Source: Octopus bimaculoides
Taxonomy: Eukaryota
Assembly (NCBI RefSeq): GCF_001194135.2
Contig: NC_068989.1
Location: 10,653,383-10,717,382, forward strand
Direction of reading: 5' to 3'
Length of the DNA stretch: 64,000 bases
Below the pieces are notes generated by a model that worked only from the letters and a program-made list of their open reading frames with translations, did no database searches and had not been told where the DNA came from. Below, piece after piece: positions 37,972 through 51,644 of this stretch (positions within the stretch are counted from its first letter, which is position 1; every line of letters starts with the position of its first letter). The translations under genes and the position numbers were made by a program.

Positions 37972-38668
37972 NNNNNNNNNNNNNNNNNNNNNNNNNNNNN
38001 NNNNNNNNNNNNNNNNNNNNNNNNNNNNNNNNNNNNNNNNNNNNNNNNNNNNNNNNNNNNNNNNNNNNNNNNNNNNNNNNNNNNNNNNNNNNNNNNNNNN
38101 NNNNNNNNNNNNNNNNNNNNNNNNNNNNNNNNNNNNNNNNNNNNNNNNNNNNNNNNNNNNNNNNNNNNNNNNNNNNNNNNNNNNNNNNNNNNNNNNNNNN
38201 NNNNNNNNNNNNNNNNNNNNNNNNNNNNNNNNNTATATATATATGTCTGTATGTGTATGCATGTAACTATTTGCATACATATATGTATAAGTATATATGT
38301 ATACACACATATATGTCTATATATGTCTATATGTGTGTATATGTATGTATTTGAGTGTATATATGTATATATATACACATGCATTTACTTGTTTATTCGA
38401 TTTGTAAACACCTAATGATTTTCAAACTATTGATTAATAAAGTCAAAACATTATCAGAAAAGTCATTCCTATTCATTTTTCCAGCTAAACGAGGCTGTGT
38501 TTTCCAAAAATGGAATCGACTTGAAAGATTGTTTAGACACTAGGATATTTTCCTACTTTTCTTAACATGAAACCAATGGTAGCCTTAATTCACGGAAAAA
38601 AGAAAGTATATCCATCAATGCGCTGTCGAGCACTCATTTTCATCTCACCGTTTAACATTTCGTATATA

Positions 38669-38706
<38 letters not shown>

Positions 38707-39331
38707 CACAAGTACACACACGCACGCACACACACACACATACGTATGTATGTGTATATATAACGTGTGTGTGTATATTTATATATATTTTGGTGAGCAC
38801 AAGTGTAGTCCTTCTATGTGTGTATAAGCGGTCGGTTGGACTTCGTGAGTACAGTCCTTGTGTTAGTGTCCTCTGGGTCTTATACCTCTTTACCAAATTA
38901 TATAAGTTTATATTTAGTGACCTTTGACTATTATGCTGTCTATCCTTTCACTTGTTACTGGGTGTTACCAACTTAGATTGGGTACATGAGGTTATCACCA
39001 ACTTAGTATAGAATCATACATTTACAACTCCGGTTATCATCTTCAGGAATTGTATTAAAATACTGATCATCACCATAACCCTCTCTGCCCCCTTCTCTTT
39101 ATTTAAACTGCCTTTTGTACACTTACTGCATTTCTATTTTTCTCCCCCTACCACGTATCTCTATATATGTATTTTTTCATTTATTTTCACTTAATTTTAC
39201 ACTGATCCTCCTTTTTTATATTTTTCATTTTATTTTAAATATTATATATATATATATATTTATAGGAAGGACAACAAAAGAAAGAAAGAGACCTCGATAT
39301 TATGTAAATAGAGGAATTTATCTGTAAAAAT

Positions 39332-39477
39332 ATGTGGCGCTTATTCAGTAGCCATGATAACGGTCATTTTTCACAGGAATTTTCAATGGCCAAATAACTG
39401 AAGAGATGTTGGCGTGGGCTCCCACCCTGGCATCCGAAACTCGGAATTTTATCATGGCTACTGAATAAGTGTCACAT
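39332..39477. mobile_element. 146-bp MITE with 29-bp TIRs (27/29 match); the identical copy at 39727-39872 is probably an assembly duplicate
   Basis: ATGTGGCGCTTATTCAGTAGCCATGATAA ... TTATCATGGCTACTGAATAAGTGTCACAT. Confidence 0.8.
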
Positions 39478-39502
39478 GTTTTTTTATATATATCTATATC
39501 TA

Positions 39503-39545
<43 letters not shown>

Positions 39546-39879
39546 NNNNNNNNNNNNNNNNNNNNNNNNNNNNNNNNNNNNNNNNNNNNNNNNNNNNNNN
39601 NNNNNNNNNNNNNNNNNNNNNNNNNNNNNNNNNNNNNNNNNNNNNNNNNNNNNNNNNNNNNNNNNNNNNNNNNNNNNNNNNNNNNNNNNNNNNNNNNNNN
39701 NNNNNNNNNNNNNNNNNNNNNNNNNNATGTGGCGCTTATTCAGTAGCCATGATAACGGTCATTTTTCACAGGAATTTTCAATGGCCAAATAACTGAAGAG
39801 ATGTTGGCGTGGGCTCCCACCCTGGCATCCGAAACTCGGAATTTTATCATGGCTACTGAATAAGTGTCACATGTTTTTT

Positions 39880-39897
39880 TATATATATCTATATCTA

Positions 39898-39958
<61 letters not shown>

Positions 39959-40004
39959 GTCTATCTATATCTATCTATATCTATCTGTGTATCTTTATCT
40001 GTCT

Positions 40005-40088
<84 letters not shown>

Positions 40089-40090
40089 AT
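39880..40090. repeat. (TATC)n microsatellite
   Basis: Directly visible. Confidence 0.95.
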
Positions 40091-40219
40091 ATATATACAT
40101 ACATACATGTGTGTGTGTGTGTGTGTATTTACTTACTGTTTTATTTAGTATACTTTTACTTTTTATTGTTTGCCACAATCTTGTTCAGTCTTTTTTCTTC
40201 CTTTTTCTCTCTTCATCGT

Positions 40220-40421
40220 TTGCTTTAGTGGAATGAATAAATCCCAGCACTCATCTCTTTGATAAGCCTGGTACTCATTCTATCGGACTCTTTTGCTGGA
40301 TCGCTAAGATTATGGAGAACTAAACGCACCAACACCGGTTGTCAAATGGTGGTGGGGGACAAACTCAGACGCAAAGACACACATACACACACACACACAC
40401 ATGCATACATACATACATACA

Positions 40422-40450
<29 letters not shown>
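40220..40450 (-). mobile_element. SINE family D 3' part with (CATA)n
   Basis: Reverse-complement match to family D (ACAACCGGTGTTGGTGCG...GATAGAATGAGTACCAGGCTT). Confidence 0.7.
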
Positions 40451-40453
<3 letters not shown>

Positions 40454-42689
40454 CCGGTTAAATCTAAAATTTAAAAATAGGATAAAATCTTTGAGAATTT
40501 ATTAAGTAGTCAGCGTGAAAAACCTCCTAAGGGAAAAATTATAATTAATTCCCTTTAAAATATATTGACACACACACACACATATATATACTCTAAAACC
40601 ACATCAAAATATTGGTTTTAGGGTCAAGGTTTGATTGCTATCTCTTGCATGATGGTATCTTTTAGATACCCTTAATTATAATTTTAATAATAATTATTAC
40701 CTATGAGGTTTTTATTCCCATGCTAGCCACTTGATATGATTCATATTAAAAAAAAACATATTATCCTTATTTATATAAATTTATATATNNNNNNNNNNNN
40801 NNNNNNNNNNNNNNNNNNNNNNNNNNNNNNNNNNNNNNNNNNNNNNNNNNNNNNNNNNNNNNNNNNNNNNNNTATATATAAAGACGGGTTTCTTTCAGTT
40901 CCAGTCTACCAGATCCATTCACAAGGTTTTTGGTTGGCCCGAGGCTAAAATAGAAGACACTTTCCCAATATATTTGATTGCCTCATTTTGTCAGATGTGG
41001 GTGAGTGTGTGTGTGTTATATTATACTGTATTTAGATAAATAAAGTTCTGAAGTTGCATACGAGATCGTTACAATATTATTGAATTTCGAGGAACTCTGA
41101 AACATCTTAGCCAAAAATGGTATACACAGGATATCGATTCTCAATTGTTTTTTTTCGGGGATACACATTTTTCACATGGAAAAACCTCCTACATCTAGAC
41201 TTCTCAGTTGTAATCGAGCACTACACTAATTCCGTGTAAAACGTGTTAAAATATTGGAAATGCATCTGTTTCAGATATTTCTTTTTCAGAAATATATCGA
41301 AACTCTTGCTATGGCCTTGTAATATTATTACAATGCAAATATAACAGAATACCCACTCAGTTGACGTCCAAGTGTCTTGACCATTCGATACCTCTGCCAA
41401 AACATATTCGATGAATATTTTGTTATATTAGAGTGTTGTATATTCACCTGATTCTAGATTTATTTGGTTTTAAGATCGCGTGGTTTAAGGTGTAATGTAA
41501 AATAGCTTAAGACACAAAGTATTAATTCAATGGCGTACATGTCAACTATCCTCTGAAAATTATAAGGACTATATCCATAGCTGCGAGGTAGCCGCTATCA
41601 GAAACTTGTCTCTCCAATACCTTGAACAGTTAGATTTATGTAAGTGCCATTAATGTTGATAATTTGTTGTTGCATGAAATAGAAGTGCTGTAAGTTTGAC
41701 ATTGGTTTCATAGGCTTTTAATCGATTTTTAATTGCTCCTGTTGGTAAAAATTGAAACGTGCTTTTCCTAAATATACTATGTAAAACTAACCAACGGTAT
41801 TCAGATGACTAAATGAGCTAAAGCATGGTCCACATATAAAATGACTTTAAGATTATATTACCAAGCTGTCACTTTCTAAAGTTATTCATACTAATTTTAG
41901 TAAAATCACGCAATATTGCATTTGAATTATTTCATAACAAAACTTAACCTTGTATTTTATTTTCATGATGTTAATAAAGGAAGTGCAAGAAGTACACCGT
42001 GGTACAGAGTTAATCAACATTCCTTCTGTTCAATAATTATTTGCCCTTAAACTTCTACGTATTTAGCATTAATTAAATGTATTACACTATCCAGCTTCGG
42101 TTTTCTCGATTCCACAACCAAAATCCATCAGTATCGGCTTTGCTTTTCAGTATTTCTAGCTCGAAGAAATAATTATTATTAACATATGGGATGAAATCAA
42201 TGAATTATTTCCCGTTCTCTAAAAACTGTCCCTATGTTTGTGTAATAAATTCTTATTGAGCGCAACTTATTGAAAATCTAATTGTTACACTATTTTATTA
42301 TTTCAGGGCTGGACAATGTGCTTAGTAGCATTTTTTCCGGCTCTTTACGATCTGTGTTCAAATTCCGCTGAGGTCGACTTTGCCTTTCAACCTTTCGGGG
42401 GTTGAACACAATCCCTCTCTTAAAATTGTTGGTCTTGTGTAAAAATTTGAAACTATTATTTCACTATTTTGCATATGTGAATTAAGTTTGACTTAGCACT
42501 TTTCAGTAACAATATTAGGGGGCTTAATCTATTAATCGTGTTATCCACTCACAATGCAAAATGCTATGTTATTATGACGTAATCTTCAAAGTCAGAAGTA
42601 ATCTAATAATTAGGTTTGTTCAATATATTATACATCTTTCCTCTTATGGAAAGATATCGTAAGTATAAAACGCTATCACATCGTAATGA

Positions 42690-42900
42690 CAGTGATGACG
42701 GCGGCAATGATGATGATAACGATGACATGAACGACGGCGCTGTCAATGACAACGACAAAGCAGAAGACGTCGATGACGAGAATGTTGATGATGATGATGA
42801 CGAGAATGACTGTATGATGATGATGATGCCGACGATGACGACTGTGGTGATGTGGTGATGATGATGATGATAACGTGACGACGACGAGGACGACGATGAT
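42690..42900. repeat. Degenerate (GAT/GAC)n low-complexity tract
   Basis: Directly visible cryptic trinucleotide repeat downstream of the gene A stop. Confidence 0.85.
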
Positions 42901-42970
42901 ATACCTGTAGATAATTACTATTAGACATACGATTTTAATTGCTATTTATTGTGATACATTCAAAAATTTG

Positions 42971-43554
42971 TTAATCATTTTTAATGACCTCAACGCGACA
43001 AACTTTCTTAAAAAGAGATTTATGAATGGTCTTTAAAGTAGAATAACTTGCAGTTCTGAACACTTTATCATCTGAACCTGCAATCATTCGTAGCTCTGCA
43101 GGGTCCACAGCCTGCCCGATTCCAATAGTAAAGACCACAATATCTGTTTTATGGATAGCTTTAGACTCACGAGCCGTCTTCGTTGGACTCTGTGCTTGTC
43201 CATCTGTAATGACAATGAGAATATGCGGCACACCATCACGGCCGCCATTTGCTTTGCTAAAGCCTTCCTCGCGAATAAGTTTCAGTGCATCTCCAGTGTT
43301 TGTATCGCCATGGTTCCGTTTAATACTAAGAACAGCATTCTCCAGATCATGCGATTTTGAAAACTGGTTCAGTTTTATCCGATATATAACGTTGCTGCTG
43401 AATGTAACCACTCCGATTTGTGTGGCATTAATGCCAATTAGACTGTCTCTTATGAACGAAATCAAGAAACTTAGCTGTATTCCGAAATCATCATCATAGA
43501 TACTGGTTGACTCGTCTAACAGAAAGATAATATCAGATGGATTCACTCCACACA
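42971..43554 (-). CDS. Gene A terminal exon, VWA type beta (DESTS, GDTNT, ITDG)
   Basis: attgcag|TG TGT GGA; ends KVCRVEVIKND*; 584 nt. Confidence 0.92.
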
Positions 43555-45001
43555 CTGCAATATCAAAAAGAGTATCAAATATCAGAAGCGATAAAACAAA
43601 CATAACTTAATTATTAAACGTATGGATATATGTTACATATACGTATACACACGCATACACACATACGTATACACACATACGTATACACACGCACACACAA
43701 ACATATATACACGTATGTGTATATGTTTGTGTGTGTATATGTTTGTGTGTGTGTGTGTGTATGTATGTGTGTGTTTGTGTGTGCGTGTGTGTGTGTGTGT
43801 GTATGTATTACTAAATGACCCAAAATTACCAAACCTTTTTTATCATCTTGAAAGAAAAAAAAGAAATCAGAAATATGAAACAAACCTTTGATACAAACGT
43901 TTTTAATAATTTCAGATGTTAATGCTTTAAGGGCATCAAATTTCTCGATCTGGAATATATTGGATGGTTTCGATGCTATAGCTTTCAACTCATCCGTATC
44001 AACACTTGGTCCGATGCCAATAGTGAAAACTCGAAGAGGATCTTTATGTAGGATTTTGGCTGCTTCTATAGTTTTCTTCTTTTCATTAGATCCGCCATCA
44101 GTAATCATAATAACAATTTTGGGCACACCAATTCGTCCTCCATTGTCTGTAGTGAATATTTCTTGACGGATATGATCCAATGCTAACCAAGTGTGAGTCC
44201 TGCCACCAAGATATAAAATATCTGAAACAGCCTTTTGTAATTCTGCTTTAGTTTTATATTTATTCAAATTGAATTCCGTCTGGACAGTGGTACTGAAGGT
44301 GACCACTGCTATTCTAATGGTTCCATTGTCGATATCCATACTTTCAGTAAAATTATTCACAAAAGCTAATTGTTGTTTGAATTGAGAAGGATACATGCTA
44401 GTAGAGCAATCTAGGAGAAAAACGATATCGGCTGGGTTATCGCATTCTGTAAAGATAGAAAATATTATATAAATATAAATGCAAAGAGAAAAAAGAAAAC
44501 AGTGAAATCACCTTGAATAAGTTTCTTATTAATTAGCGGATTTTTAATTAACATGTTATACATAATGAGAAATATTATAAATCTGACGAACATGAACATT
44601 CTAGAATGCTATAATGATTTTAATTTCTTTGTTTTTATCAAACAAGTTTATTCTTTTAGAATACAAACATGTACAATATACACTACATACTTATAAGTTT
44701 ATATATACATATGTCTATGTATATCTTTATGTCTGTGTTTATTCTTCTACCATCGCTTGACAATTGGTGTCCGTTTGTTTGCGTCGCCGTACGCTTGCGG
44801 TTCATTAAAAGAGAGCGATACAATAAGCGTGAAATTTTAAAAGAAAAGCACTGGGATCGATATGTTCGACCGTACTCTTCAAGGCAGTGGCCCAGCGTGG
44901 CCGCACTCCAATGACTGGAACAAGTAAAAAAATAAAGATAATATATATGTATGTATGTATGTATATATACATACATAAATACATACATAAATACATACAT
45001 A

Positions 45002-45042
<41 letters not shown>

Positions 45043-46319
45043 GTGTGTGTGTTTCACTATTATAACCATGAGTAAAATCGTTGATTAAATTATTAGATAA
45101 AACGAAAGCATAACAAAAGATATCAACGTTAGAAACAATATTAATGTTGATTTAAAATTGTTAGTGAAATAAAAATTCCATTAGTAATTAAAAAAACTAG
45201 CGATGTGCGCTCGAAAACGACTTAGCGAGTAAGATGACTACTCACTCTGTTACTCCTTTATTTTCTTAACTGGCTCAAGTCGCTGGAGGGTTTTTTGTCA
45301 ATTATATCTATACTCATAATTTCTATGATTTTTATTTTATCAGCATCCGTAGGGAACTATATGGCTTAATCGACAAGGCGTAAAGGGATGTAGCCGAGAC
45401 GAGAGAGGAATCTATGTACAACAAGGTATTTTCGAAAGACGTACGGTATTTTGCCAAATTCCACCGACACACTTACCTTTGACTTTTATTTGTTTTAGTC
45501 ACTGGAGTGTGGCCAGCGTCCTCCAGTAAATCGATTACGGTACTTATTTTTTTTAAAGTCTGATGCTTATTAACACCGGTATCTTTTGCCGAACCGCTAA
45601 TGTACGAGGACGTAAACAAACCAACACTGGTTGTCAAATCAAGTGGTGGTGAGGAACGAATATAGCGCAAACACAAACACACACACGCACTCACAAATAT
45701 ACATACATACATACATACATACATACATACATACATACATACATACATACATACATACACATACATATATTTTCTCCCTGCCATATCCAATTTTATGGCT
45801 TTTATCGGCACGGGGGCCAATGTAGAAGACACTTGTCCAAGGTACCACACAGTGGGACTGAACCTGAAATCACATGACTGGGAAACAGCTCCTCAACCAT
45901 GCAGCCACACCTGTGCCTGTACATTATATACATTTTTTATATATTACCCTTATGTACGCCCTTATATGTATGTATGCATATATGTATGTATGTGTGTATG
46001 TGTGCATGTATGCATGTGTCTATGTATGTGTGTGTATGTATATATACTCACACACACGCACGCACGTGAGCACACACACACGCACACGCACACACAGAGA
46101 GAGAAGAAATGCCGCAAAGTATTTTGTCCGACTCTCTAATGAATATCCAGTCCACTGAATAACGACAACAACAACAGTAATAGCAACAATAATGTGTAAA
46201 TTACTAGCCAAAAAAAAAAAAAAAAAAATATCACTACCTGATAATTCTTTCATAAATGGCAAGGCATTGCCAAGCTGGAAGAGCGTCAGAGACACAGCGA
46301 AAAGCAGGAAAGGAGCCAT
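42971..46319 (-). CDS. Gene A: secreted double-VWA protein, 408 aa, paralogue of gene B
   Basis: complement(join(42971-43554,43886-44446,46238-46319)); 1227 nt, phase 1 GT-AG introns; AATAAA on the minus strand at 42945-42950. Confidence 0.88.
43886..44446 (-). CDS. Gene A exon 2, VWA type alpha (DCSTS, GRTHT, ITDG; MIDAS intact)
   Basis: ctttacag|AA TGC GAT AAC CCA GCC GAT; ends AAA G|gtttgt; 561 nt, phase 1-1. Confidence 0.93.
45480..45910 (-). mobile_element. SINE family D with internal (TATG)n
   Basis: Reverse complement of a near full-length family D copy; another 3' part lies at 44720-44935 on the plus strand. Confidence 0.8.
46238..46319 (-). CDS. Gene A exon 1, signal peptide (MAPFLLFAVSLTLFQLGNA-LPFMKELS)
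   Basis: caac-ATG; hydrophobic core with an A-x-A-like cleavage site; TCA G|gtagtg phase 1 donor (an alternative phase 1 donor, gtgata, lies 3 nt further on). Confidence 0.82.
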
Positions 46320-46829
46320 GTTGAATAATAACAAATGACTAGATCATGACACAATATATAAATAAGCTGATCCTGGGAAATTCTACAAATGTTTTCTTTT
46401 CAAAAGCTGTTCTAATCTTATCACATATATATGTCTGTAATTTTATTCTTTTATATAATCAAATCTTTGCTCATTTAAGATATTTAGGCGTTATAATGTC
46501 CAAAACACTTCCTTACTCTCCACTAATCTGAAGGTAGATAAAACTTGTTGATATCGAAGTTTATGTTCAATGTAACTTATTGGTAGAAAGAAATAAATCG
46601 AAGGCATGTAACAAATTTTATTGTGAAATAAATTGACAAGAGCTCGACAGAGTGTGCATTCCAGTGTCAATGACGATACACATTACAAGTGATATATTCG
46701 AGAAGAAAGATAAAGAAACGAGGGATATGGCGTTTTGTACACAAGTTATTGAGATAGCTTCTCATCACATCACCTTATGTTCCAAAATGTTTAATCTTTC
46801 ATATTTTTCTATTACCTGTTATCGTCATT

Positions 46830-47120
46830 GGACAACGACCACACTGAGGCATTGACCTGAAGGATTTTGGTCCAGCTAAAGGGCTCAGTATTTATTACCG
46901 TGATGTTTATTTTGCCGGACCCTCAGTTACGAGGACATAAACAAAGCAACACCAATTGTCAAGCAATGGTGAGGCGAAACGCAGATACAAAGACACACAT
47001 ACATACATATACGATTGGCTTCAACACAGTTTTCCTCCACTAGATTTACTCACAAAACATTGGTCAGGCCAATAGTAGAAGACACTTGCTTAAGATGACG
47101 CGCGTAGAACTGAACCCAAT
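46830..47120 (-). mobile_element. SINE family D, degraded
   Basis: Reverse-complement similarity (CTTGACAATTGGTGTTGC; AAGTGTCTTCTACTATTGGCC). Confidence 0.65.
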
Positions 47121-47629
47121 AGTGTATTCTTGTTGAGAAAACCTTTCTACCAATTCCTTATTTAATTAGTGAGGGAGTATTAACATCCCAGGTTAATTAT
47201 ATACTCACAAGTGTTGGTTGTGAATCTTCGTAAAAAATAGATTTTGCTAAAGTCACAGAGAGATCAAAACTCAGTTTCATTGGTCGCGATTGACTTTTCA
47301 GGAATGACTGCATAAAAATGAAATTGCCGCTGTGTCTCTCTGCGGCATTATATTGGATGGTTTTGTTTCGAAATAAGCCAAAAGTTTTTGAGCTGAATGA
47401 AAGTGAAAAAAGAACAAAAAACAAAACAAGAAAATGCAAAGAAAATTTGCCATATAAACAGTGACAAAGATAAGTACCTGATATTGTTTGAGTCAACCAA
47501 ATAGAGTTGCAAAAATAGGACATCTTATCAATCCATTTAATCATCAGTGAGTCATGTAAAGTTGAGTTGATTTTACCTCGTTTACAATTTAGAAATCGTG
47601 AAAGTATTGAATTTTTTATAGATCTAATC

Positions 47630-47750
<121 letters not shown>

Positions 47751-47757
47751 GTATGTA

Positions 47758-48475
47758 TAGAGGACTGCAATCAGAAACCACAACTTTCAAAAACAAACGT
47801 TGCAAAGCGTTTAGAGTGGAGTAAAAGCGTACAGAATTGGCCTCTAGAGCAGTGGAAGAATGCTATTTTTTTGGACGTGTCATCCTTTACCTTATTTCCG
47901 GTCACCGGCCGAGTATACGTGTGGAGAGAACCAAAAGAAGAATTTGACCCAGACAGCCTTCTTCCAACTGTTAAGCATGGGGGAGGATCTGCGATGATCG
48001 GGGGGGGNNNNNNNNNNGGCAGAATTAATAGTCAAGACTGTTTAAGCATTTTATCTGATCAAATTCATCGTATGGTTGCAGAACTGTTTCCGGAGGGAAA
48101 CGCAATCTTTCAGTATGATAATGCACCAATTCACACAGCTAAAGTTGTTACTGAATGGCACGAGGAACATTCTAGAGAAGTTGAACATCTTATCTGGCCA
48201 CCACAGTCCCCAGATCTCAATATTATTGAACATTTATGGTGAATTTTAGAAAAAACAAGTAAGGAGTCGATATCCTCCACCATCATCACTACAAGAACTG
48301 GAGACTGTTTTCGCTGAAGAATGGACAAAAATTCCTTTGAAAACAATTCAAACTTTGTACGAGTGCATACCTTGTAGAATTCAAGCTGTAATTACTGCCA
48401 AAGGCAGTCCTACCCCATATTGAAATAAATTTGTTTGAAATTTTAAGGTGTTTCCATTATTTTGTCCAACCCCTG
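47758..48475 (+). mobile_element. Tc1-like DD36E transposon copy 2, 3' half with right TIR
   Basis: FQYDNAPIHTAK...WPPQSPDLNIIEHLW; TIR AGGTGTTTCCATTATTTTGTCCAACCCCTG (48446-48475) then TA, the reverse complement of the copy 1 left TIR with one mismatch. Confidence 0.92.
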
Positions 48476-48891
48476 TACATACGTACATATATTTCAATAG
48501 TTTATAACCCGTTAATTATAATTTCTTTTCCTATAATCTAATATGCATAATTTCTCTAAAAAAAAATTTGGGCATATTTAATAGATAGATAACAAATTGT
48601 CGTGAATACTATGTTTGTTTTTATTATGTCGTTATCTTTTTGTGTCATTAAAAACTTGAATACTAAACTGGCTTTTCTTAACGTTATTTTTGCATGGATT
48701 CATTTATTAGATATATTTTCTTAGTTCACTTTGAATTTAACCCATTTTAGACTGCCTTGATAATATTATGTTAGGAGTGGTATTTTATACTTTTTTTCTA
48801 TATCTAAATATGTTGGCATGCAAGAACGATCGTCGGTAATGTATGGTATAAACACCAATTAAAAATGTGATTTTCTCCACTCTTATTCTTG

Positions 48892-48935
<44 letters not shown>

Positions 48936-50009
48936 GCATGCATACACATATGTATGTGTATACACACACACGTATATTTATTTATTTATGTGTTTCAGCC
49001 AAGTGGCTGCGGTCACACATACATATATGTATATGTATATATGAATATACATTCATATGTATATATCTATATAATACGTATGTGTATATGTATATATATG
49101 TATTATGCATATGTATGTATATATATATATATATNNNNNNNNNNNNNNNNNNNNNNNNNNNNNNNNNNNNNNNNNNNNNNNNNNNNNNNNNNNNNNNNNN
49201 NNNNNNNNNNNNNNNNNNNNNNNNNNNNNNNNNNNNNNNNNNNNNNNNNNNNNNNNNNNNNNNNNNNNNNNNNNNNNNNNNNNNNNNNNNNNNGTGTGTG
49301 TGTGTATGTTTAATGGAGAGGACAGGTCTGGAATAACAAAGGAAACAAACAACTTGGAACTAAAGAAATTTAGCGAGAAAGGAATACATAGAGGCGAGTG
49401 GGAAAGATTTTTGTATCGTCGCTAGGCCAGCCTGGCAAACAAAGATACTCCCACGGTGACTTTTTTTTATTAAGTAGTACATTGATCAAGATGTATTCTT
49501 TTTAAGACGGTACACCGTAGCTTGAGGCATTTTGACTGCTATTTCTAGCAGGTCCAGTGACCTAGAAGCAGCTTTTTTTTCGGCTTGAGAATTTCGTTCT
49601 AAATTCACGCCCAAATAGGGGGAAATGCATGTGTAAACTGGAAGGGTACATGCAACCGCTTTTCTAACAAGGAGACAAATGAGAGAGGAATTGAGGTTAT
49701 TTGAATTCTTTACAGCTCAAACCGACAAACACTTTCGCACCCCATAAACTCTCCCGGCGATCGACGTGGCACAGCCCTAATGGCTATCTAAATCTCCAAG
49801 GTTTGGAGGTACGAAAAATATGGAAGGCATCTTTCCTCGCTGGTCTAACATGTAAAGTGACAAAAAAGCATTTCTCTCTGACAGTAATTTCCCTGAAGTA
49901 AAATAGAGATTTGGGTATTTATACAAATAAATTAAACTCAAAATTCATTGCAGAACAAAAGCTGATTGTGTCTCAAAGTTGAATAGTACGAATGCTTCGT
50001 AAGAGAACT

Positions 50010-50305
50010 TGGTAGACGGAAACTGTGTGGAAGCCCATATATATGCATGTATATATATATTATATGTGTGTGTGTGTGCGTGCGTGTGTGTGTATACGCG
50101 TATATCTTTGTGTTTGTCCCCCACCCTTATCACCGCTTGACAACTGGCATTGGCTTCTCTACATGTCTGTAGGTTCGACAAAAGACACGAACAGCAGCAT
50201 GATTAGCAGATACTAAAAAAGCAAGTTCTAGGGTCGAGTTGTTCGACTAATCTCGTCAAGGCAATGCCACAACATGGCCGCTGCCCAACAACTGAAACAA
50301 GTAAA
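50010..50305 (+). mobile_element. SINE family D, 3' two-thirds
   Basis: TGGTAGACGGAAACTG...CGCTTGACAACTGGCATTGG...CATGGCCGC...TGAAACAAGTAAAA. Confidence 0.75.
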
Positions 50306-51644
50306 ACAAAGCTAAAAACTTTTTGATCATCTTTTAAATTTGGTTTCATTTATAGGTTCATTGCTGTAGATCAGTCCACCATCAATAAAAAAAAGAAAAG
50401 AAAAAGAAAAACACATGCTAATTCCTTGTATATTTCCTATTCAATCAATCATTCTCGCATAATAGAAGTGATCAACGAAGTAATCTAACTGCCACTCAGT
50501 TTATTGTTAAATTTGCACTACATCTCTGGTCATAGAACCGCAGCTGACTAAATCAAAAGGATGCCATATCTCGATCTCGAAAGTCGTACATGAGTATTTC
50601 TCGGCTCACTTTGCTTCTATCTAAAAGGTTCTATCATAGTCGCAATCGACCTGTTGATAATTACATTATCTTCAAAGCTGAGATCAAACGATTCAACACC
50701 TTCACTCTATTACATCCAGTGAGTTCGCTATCAATGGATTCTCTTTCATTTCTTATATTGTCAGATTAACTGCTATTGGGACTAGACTATTTAGTTTACT
50801 TTCTATGGCCAATAACCACTCCAATGAGTTGTGATATCGCTGCTATTATACCAACCCAGTACAACATTAACTACTGCACTGCAATATGTACCAATATGCC
50901 TCCGTAACTTCCCCTGTTTTGTTTAATCAAGGGAAAAGTAGCGCTCACAACTATTTTTCAGGTCCTCCGAGGCTGGAGGAAGGGACGGGCTCTACAAGGG
51001 GAACCCGAATGATGGATGTTGGTGTTAAACGGAGCGAAGGATTGTTTACCATCCAAGTAGGCCACAGTAAAATTTTAAATCAAGACGGAAAAGCAGGATC
51101 AAGTATTATAAGGTATCTTGTATAACATTTTTATGATTCCGTCAACTCCTCGCTAATGGCTAGTATCTGAGTTATCCAAGCGAGAAGGATCGATGAGCAA
51201 AGTCAACCTTGGCGTGATTGAGCATAAAACGTACGGAGCCACAATAAATACCACAAAGTATTTTACCTAACGTTTCTGCCTATTCGTTGCCTATATCTGT
51301 TGCTAATACTACAACTCTCTAAATGCTACTACGTTGATTCAGCTGTATCACAATGTCAGCAGTCCTTTCCGTATAAATTGATAAGAGAATTCGTAGCAGA
51401 GTTTCACAAATTCAGCTGCCATGAGGAGATAAATAATGTAATGTTAGATTGTTCTGGGCAATTGTATAGCGCAATTACTGTACTGCGCAACGGTTTCTGA
51501 AAATAGCAATTATAGCAATTACTGGTTTGCTTGGATTCTTGATGACACCTTTTACTTCCTACTTGACAAGAGAAAAGATTAAAACCAAATGCGTTGAACA
51601 TTATGACAATTTTAGAAACCACAAGTTCTAAATATTGGTTTCAA

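Noticed and set aside
39727-39960. Apparent tandem duplication of the MITE and its flank
   Set aside because: Identical copy starting right at an N-gap edge beside a (TATC)n tract; typical unmerged contig overlap.
42690-42905. Acceptor-like TATCTACAG on the minus strand followed by a Ser/His-rich frame
   Set aside because: It lies downstream of the gene A stop and poly(A) signal and is a degenerate GAT/GAC microsatellite.
42971-42990. One five-VWA gene joining all VWA exons
   Set aside because: The gene A beta exon has no phase-1 donor. Its stop aligns exactly with the gene B stop and is followed by AATAAA, and gene B has its own signal-peptide exon at 34251-34362.
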